The notes under the pieces are model-generated. The model worked only from the letters and a program-made list of their open reading frames with translations, was not told the DNA's origin and ran no database searches. A program made the position numbers and the translations under genes. Shown here piece by piece: positions 27,196 to 32,000 of a DNA stretch of 32,000 nt. This DNA is from Lentzea sp. NPDC051838 (GTDB taxonomy: Bacteria > Actinomycetota > Actinomycetes > Mycobacteriales > Pseudonocardiaceae). The stretch covers positions 19,198-51,197 of the forward strand of contig NZ_JBFAYI010000006.1 of NCBI RefSeq assembly GCF_040681245.1. The letters are read 5' to 3'. Within the stretch, counting starts at the first letter, position 1. The number at the start of each line of letters is the position of its first letter.

Positions 27196-29250
27196 ATGCG
27201 CGTACCGATCCTCATCGCCGTCGTCCTGCTGGTTCCGCTGCTCACCCCCGGCCCACCGGTGGCCGCCGCCGAGGTGTGGCACACCCAGTTCAACGACGCG
27301 GTGCGCGGAGACGTCGCGGTCGTCGGCAACAGCGTCGTCACCTGTCCGACGCCCGAACAGGCGGGGCCAAACCCCAAGTACCCACCGCAGTCCTGTGTGG
27401 ACGCGATGAACCGCAAGGGTCACGGCCCGTCCGCGCAGAACAACGGCCATCGCATGTCGTGGACCGACAACGACAACGACGCCAGAACGTTCAACTCGTC
27501 CAGCGCACAGCTCACTCTCCCATCCGGGGCGAGCATCGCCTACGCCAAGCTCGGCTGGGCGGGCACCGCGACCTGCCACGGCTCCACGGAACTGCCACCG
27601 GGCAGCCCACGCGACCCGGTCCTGCTCAACGGCACGAGCATTACCCCAGGCCAGTTCGTCATCGACTCCCCCGACGACCTCGCGAACACCGACAACGCCT
27701 TCTACAGCGCCGAAGCCGACGTCACGAAAACGATCAGGCCCGGCACTGTCACGGTCGGCAACGTCTGGACGCCCCAAGGGTTCGACTGCTTCGGCGGCTG
27801 GTCCCTGACCGTCGTGTGGAAGTCCGAAACAGCAGCACAGCGCCACATCTCGGTGCACGGCGGGCACATCCGCCTCCCCACCAAACGCCCGGTCCTGAGC
27901 ACCCCGATCGCCCCGACGCACGCAGCGGGCGGCGCGACCCGCCTGAGCTTCACGGCCTACGAGGGCGACTGGGCCACCGACGGCGACCAGCTGCTGGTCA
28001 ACGACTCCTCGGTCGCGGGCCGCAACGCATTCCTCTCGCAGGCCCAAGGCGCTCCCGCCCTCAACAACATGAGCGTCGACGCCCGCACGGTCACCCTGAC
28101 CGAAGACCTGCCCAAACCGGGCACGAAGAGCGCCGACCTGACGTTCCGCAGAGCCGAGGACGCCTTCCTCGTCCAAAGTGTCGCGTGGTCGTTCCCACTG
28201 CCCGAACTGGCGCTCAACGTCACGCCGGAACAACCAGCCGCTCATCCCAAGGACAACGTCACGCAAACCGCGACCGTCACCAACACCGGCGACGCTCCCG
28301 CGGCGGACGTGACGGTGTGCGGGCAGAAAATCGGCACAATTGCCCCACACGCCAAATCCACCCGCACGTGCACGTCGCAAGCTCAAGAAGACGACTACCA
28401 GACCACTGTCACCGCAAACGGCAGCAGCCTCGCCGGCGACCCGCTAACCGCGCAGAAGTCGGCAAAGGTCGACGTACTGCATCCGGCATTGCGCGCAACC
28501 ACGACAACCGAACCAATGACCGCATTGCCGGGACAGATGGTCAAATTCTCAACAACTGTCACGAACACCGGCGACACCCCGTTGTTCGACCTCAACGCGC
28601 GCACGGCCACCAACGGCTGCAACCCCATGCAAGGTCAGCTCGACCCCGGCGCCACCACCACCGTCGACTGCACGGCGAAAGCAGGCGATGAGACGGGCAC
28701 GCTCACGTCCACCGTCAGCGCCACCGACAAGATCGGCAAGAAGGTCGACGCCAGCGCATCGGTGCAGGTCAGGGTGATCTACCCGAGGCTGACGATCACC
28801 GCGCTGTGGTCGAAGGACAGGGCAGAGGACGGCGAGCTCGTCACGGTCACGGTGACCGTCGGCAACCCGTCGGACTTCCCGATCAAGGACGTGAAAGTCG
28901 AAGGCGAGCCCGCCGCGTGCCACCGCACGTTCCCGGAACTGCAGCCGAACCAACGCCTCACCTACACCTGCCAGGTCGCCGCGCCGGTTAATTCTCGGTT
29001 GACGGTGTCGGGCGCCGGAGCGGGTGCGGCCATCAGTGAAAGTGCCGTCGTGCGGATCGAATCGCTAAACGCGCCACTGCCTCCCGAGCCGCGACAGCCA
29101 CAGCCGCAACCTGACGAACCGGCACCTCCACGGCCGGTCGCGCACGTTCAGCAGCTGTCGAAACCGGCCGTCGGTGGTGTGGCCGCGGTAATCGGCGTGA
29201 TCGGCATGGTGATCGTCGCGAGCGCGTTTTCCGGCCTGGGAAAGCGGTAA
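27196..29250 (+). CDS. Secreted, C-terminally membrane-anchored surface protein with three Ig-like (DUF11/CARDB-type) repeats
   Basis: ATG 27196 with GGGAAGG upstream.
- Signal peptide: MRVPILIAVVLLVPLLTPGPPVAAA.
- A roughly 330-aa N-terminal domain (GDVAVVGNSVVTCP...TFNSSSAQLTLPSGASIAYAKLGWAG).
- Three roughly 95-aa repeats containing TVTNTGD-type strands.
- A Pro-rich spacer, then the TM helix VGGVAAVIGVIGMVIVASAF and a GKR tail. Confidence 0.8.
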   Translation: MRVPILIAVVLLVPLLTPGPPVAAAEVWHTQFNDAVRGDVAVVGNSVVTCPTPEQAGPNPKYPPQSCVDAMNRKGHGPSAQNNGHRMSWTDNDNDARTFNSSSAQLTLPSGASIAYAKLGWAGTATCHGSTELPPGSPRDPVLLNGTSITPGQFVIDSPDDLANTDNAFYSAEADVTKTIRPGTVTVGNVWTPQGFDCFGGWSLTVVWKSETAAQRHISVHGGHIRLPTKRPVLSTPIAPTHAAGGATRLSFTAYEGDWATDGDQLLVNDSSVAGRNAFLSQAQGAPALNNMSVDARTVTLTEDLPKPGTKSADLTFRRAEDAFLVQSVAWSFPLPELALNVTPEQPAAHPKDNVTQTATVTNTGDAPAADVTVCGQKIGTIAPHAKSTRTCTSQAQEDDYQTTVTANGSSLAGDPLTAQKSAKVDVLHPALRATTTTEPMTALPGQMVKFSTTVTNTGDTPLFDLNARTATNGCNPMQGQLDPGATTTVDCTAKAGDETGTLTSTVSATDKIGKKVDASASVQVRVIYPRLTITALWSKDRAEDGELVTVTVTVGNPSDFPIKDVKVEGEPAACHRTFPELQPNQRLTYTCQVAAPVNSRLTVSGAGAGAAISESAVVRIESLNAPLPPEPRQPQPQPDEPAPPRPVAHVQQLSKPAVGGVAAVIGVIGMVIVASAFSGLGKR

Positions 29251-29325
29251 AAGTCTGAAAACGTTTGCAATTCCAGAGTGAACACATCCGTGTTCCTGCG
29301 GCCCGCAATGCGGTAGAAGAGGCTC

Positions 29326-29880
29326 ATGGAGATCACCGCCTTCCTGGACCGCAAGCTGGCCCGCCGGTTCCGGACCTACGACTCCGACGGCGACGGGTTC
29401 ATCGGGCGGGACGACTTCACACAGGCGGGCGAGCGCACCACCAAGGCGTTCGGGCTGCCCGACGACGACCCGAAGGCGGTCCGGTTCCACGCCATGCTGG
29501 CCGGGCTGTGGGACCAGCTCCACTCGGTGACGGATCAGGACCACAACGGGCGGATCAGCCTGGAGGAGTACAAGAAGGCGTTCGCGAACGGGCTGCTGGA
29601 GACGCCGGAGTCGTTCGACGAGGGGTACGCGCCGTTCCTGGACGCGATCATGGCGATCGCGGACGAGGACGGCGACGGCAAGCTCACGATCGAGGAGCAC
29701 ATCGCGTGGACCGGCGCGCTGATGAACCTCTCGGAGGCCGACGCGCGCGGGATCCACGACCTGCTGTCGGACGAGGACGGGTTGCTGTCCACCAGGGCAC
29801 TGCTGGAGGCGATCCGCGAGTTCTACTTCTCGGAGGATCCCGCGGAGGCCGGCAACTGGCTGCTCGGCTCGCTGGACTGA
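29326..29880 (+). CDS. EF-hand calcium-binding protein (calerythrin / sarcoplasmic Ca-binding protein-like)
   Basis: Three canonical 12-residue loops (DSDGDGFIGRDD, DQDHNGRISLEE, DEDGDGKLTIEE) and one degenerate loop (SDEDGLLSTRAL). The size and layout resemble calerythrin. Confidence 0.85.
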   Translation: MEITAFLDRKLARRFRTYDSDGDGFIGRDDFTQAGERTTKAFGLPDDDPKAVRFHAMLAGLWDQLHSVTDQDHNGRISLEEYKKAFANGLLETPESFDEGYAPFLDAIMAIADEDGDGKLTIEEHIAWTGALMNLSEADARGIHDLLSDEDGLLSTRALLEAIREFYFSEDPAEAGNWLLGSLD

Positions 29881-29881
29881 C

Positions 29882-30598
29882 GTGCTGCTGAAGACGCTGC
29901 AGGAGTACGCGGCGCGCGCCCAGCCGGCGGCGCACGTCGAAGAAGCGGGTGGCTGGTGGCTGCGGCACTCCCCCGGCGACGCCTGGTGGGTGAGCGCGGT
30001 GTTACCCCACGATCGCGAGGACCGGGTCGAACGCGCCGAAGAGTTCTGCGCGGAGCACGGGTCCGGGGCGCGGTTCCAGATCACGCCGGGCGTGTGCGCG
30101 GACGACCTCGACGTGCGGCTCGACGGCCGCGGCTACGAGCGCGGTCACGACATGTCGTTGCAGATCGCCTCGACCGCGGAGGTCATCAGGCACGCCCGCG
30201 CGGACGCCGGAGAGGTGAGCACGCGGCCGACCGACGAGTGGCTGGCGGCGTGGCAGGCGGTGACCACACGCGATGTGAGCGCCGAACGCGACCTGCTCAG
30301 CCGGGTGGAGCACCCGAGCGCCTACGCGTACACCGAGGTGGACGGGCAGGTCGTGGCGGTGGGACGCGCGGTGGCCGAGCAGGGTTGGGCGGGCGTGTTC
30401 GGAATGGCGACGTTGCCGCACGCACGGGGTCAGGGCGCCGCACGGTCCGTGCTTGCCGCCTTAGCTTCATGGGCGGCCGCGCGCGAGGCCAACCACCTCT
30501 ACCTGCAGATGGAGAAGGCGAACACCGCGGCGTTCCGGCTGTACGAACGCACTGGGTTCCGCGAGGTCTGCACCTATCACTACCGGATCCGCGCGTAA
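29882..30598 (+). CDS. GNAT-family N-acetyltransferase
   Basis: The C-terminal VVAVGRAV...GVFGMATLPHARGQGAARSVLAALASWAAAREANHLYLQMEKANTAAFRLYERTGF contains the acetyl-CoA motif (R/Q-x-x-G-x-G/A). The GTG start lies 1 nt after the EF-hand gene's stop. Confidence 0.8.
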   Translation: MLLKTLQEYAARAQPAAHVEEAGGWWLRHSPGDAWWVSAVLPHDREDRVERAEEFCAEHGSGARFQITPGVCADDLDVRLDGRGYERGHDMSLQIASTAEVIRHARADAGEVSTRPTDEWLAAWQAVTTRDVSAERDLLSRVEHPSAYAYTEVDGQVVAVGRAVAEQGWAGVFGMATLPHARGQGAARSVLAALASWAAAREANHLYLQMEKANTAAFRLYERTGFREVCTYHYRIRA

Positions 30599-30650
30599 CC
30601 AATCACGAATCGAGAAGCACGGGCCGCGTCGCGGAGTTAGGTTCTGCGGC

Positions 30651-32000
30651 ATGACGCATGAGGCCGACACCCACGATCTGATCCGCGTGCAGGGCGCGCG
30701 CGTGAACAACCTGAAAGACGTCGACGTCGAGATCCCGAAGCGCCGCCTGACGGTGTTCACCGGCGTCTCCGGCTCCGGCAAGAGCTCGCTGGTGTTCGGC
30801 ACGATCGCCGCCGAGTCACAGCGGCTGATCAACGAGACCTACAGCGCGTTCATCCAGGGCTTCATGCCGACGCTGCCGCGGCCCGAGGTGTACCTGCTGG
30901 AGGGCATCACCACGGCGATCCTGGTCGACCAGCAGCGGATGGGCGCCGACCCGCGCTCGACGGTCGGCACCGCGACTGACGTGAACGCGATGCTGCGGAT
31001 CCTGTTCAGCAGACTCGGCGCGCCGCACATCGGCGGCCCGCAGGCGTTCTCGTTCAACGTCGCCTCGATCTCCGGCGCGGGTGCCGTGGTGATCGAGAAG
31101 GCCGGGCAGAAGGTCAAGGAGCGGCGCGAGTTCTCCATCACCGGCGGCATGTGCCCGAAGTGCGAGGGCCGCGGGCAGGTCTCGGACATCGACATGACCG
31201 AGGTGTACGACGAGTCGAAGTCGATCCTCGAGGGCGCGATCAAGGTGCCCGGCTACAACGTCGACAACCAGTGGACCGTGCAGACGTTCGCGCAGTCCGG
31301 TTTCCTCGACCCGGCCAAGCCGATCCGCAAGTACACCAAGAAGGAACTGTTCGACTTCCTGTACAAGGACCCGGTCAAGATCAAGGTCAACGGCATCAAC
31401 CTGACCTACGAAGGCCTGATCCCCAAGCTGCAGAAGTCGATGCTGTCGAAGGACCGCGAGGCGCTGCAGCCGCACATCCGCGCGTTCGTGGACCGCGCGG
31501 CGACGTTCGGGACGTGTCCTGAGTGCGGCGGCACGCGGCTCACCGAGGCCGCCAGGTCGTCCAAGATCAAGGGTGTGTCGATCGCGGACCTGTGCGACAT
31601 GCAGATCAGCGATCTCGCCGACTGGATGCGCGGCCTGAAGGACAAGTCCGTCGCGCCGCTGGTCGACAAGCTCGTGCACACGCTGGACTCGTTCGTCGAG
31701 ATCGGTCTCGGTTACCTGTCGCTGAACCGTCCTGCCGGGACGTTGTCCGGTGGTGAGGCGCAGCGGGTGAAGATGATCCGGCACCTCGGCTCGGCGCTGA
31801 CCGACGTGACGTACGTGTTCGACGAGCCCACGATCGGGCTGCACCCGCACGACATCGAGCGCATGAACAACCTGCTGCTCCGCTTGCGGGACAAGGGGAA
31901 CACCGTGCTCGTGGTCGAGCACAAGCCGGAGACGATCGCGATCGCGGACCACATCGTCGACCTCGGGCCCGGCGCCGGGCGCAACGGCGGCACGATCTGC
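30651..32000 (+). CDS. UvrA-like ABC ATPase paralogue, N-terminal 450 aa (runs off the window's right edge)
   Basis: My own translation from ATG 30651 is in frame to position 32000. Motifs: [41 protein letters not shown] (Walker A), zinc modules CPKCEGRG and CPECGGTR, signature [11 protein letters not shown] at residues 365-375, and Walker [15 protein letters not shown]. It is absent from the ORF track because it is open-ended. Confidence 0.9.
   Translation, partial: MTHEADTHDLIRVQGARVNNLKDVDVEIPKRRLTVFTGVSGSGKSSLVFGTIAAESQRLINETYSAFIQGFMPTLPRPEVYLLEGITTAILVDQQRMGADPRSTVGTATDVNAMLRILFSRLGAPHIGGPQAFSFNVASISGAGAVVIEKAGQKVKERREFSITGGMCPKCEGRGQVSDIDMTEVYDESKSILEGAIKVPGYNVDNQWTVQTFAQSGFLDPAKPIRKYTKKELFDFLYKDPVKIKVNGINLTYEGLIPKLQKSMLSKDREALQPHIRAFVDRAATFGTCPECGGTRLTEAARSSKIKGVSIADLCDMQISDLADWMRGLKDKSVAPLVDKLVHTLDSFVEIGLGYLSLNRPAGTLSGGEAQRVKMIRHLGSALTDVTYVFDEPTIGLHPHDIERMNNLLLRLRDKGNTVLVVEHKPETIAIADHIVDLGPGAGRNGGTIC

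Noticed and set aside
27127-28691. 419-aa minus-strand and 511-aa plus-strand ORFs overlapping the surface-protein gene
   Set aside because: These are alternate or antisense frames. Only the 27196 frame has a signal peptide, the repeat architecture and a TM anchor.
30816-31952. 378-aa minus-strand ORF
   Set aside because: It is antisense to the open-ended UvrA-like gene, whose plus-strand frame has Walker A, signature, Walker B and zinc-finger motifs.

Overview
High-GC actinomycete-type chromosomal window. My own counts of single 60-nt lines give about 70-75 % GC in the carboxylase and VWA genes, against about 55-60 % in tnpB and the XRE-family gene. I could not run any database or HMM search. 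Every product call rests on motifs I recognise in the translations, on start/RBS context and on gene junctions. I support about 31 protein genes, one tRNA and several regulatory or terminator structures.

Main content, left to right:
- A minus-strand HIT-like/DUF2625/SseB-like cluster.
- A 1.8-kaa single-chain, eukaryote-style acyl-CoA carboxylase (BC-BCCP-central-CT).
- An MFS exporter and a Gmad2/LysM protein.
- An atypical tRNA-Tyr(GTA).
- A large LuxR (LAL) regulator.
- A MerR/B12-domain (LitR/CarH-like) regulator translationally linked to a 98-aa protein and TspO, with a duplicated AT-rich palindrome.
- The lnt-ppm1 pair.
- A solo IS200/IS605-type tnpB wedged against lnt and an acyl-CoA ligase-TetR pair.
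- A polytopic membrane protein.
- PspC and Smr mini-proteins.
- An XRE(DUF5753-type)/DUF397 pair.
- A DUF4239 membrane protein.
- A large secreted, membrane-anchored protein with three Ig-like repeats.
- A calerythrin-like EF-hand protein and a GNAT.
- The 5' part of a short UvrA paralogue.

The best candidate for an undescribed system is a tightly coupled three-gene minus-strand operon at 22564-26062. It encodes an unknown 370-aa protein, a MoxR-like AAA+ ATPase, and an HExxH metallopeptidase fused to a VWA domain. Secondary leads are the B12-regulator/TspO module with its paired operators and the tnpB element, whose 3' end supplies the start codon of the neighbouring ligase gene. Many long ORFs in the supplied track are antisense or alternate-frame artefacts of the high GC content and were rejected.
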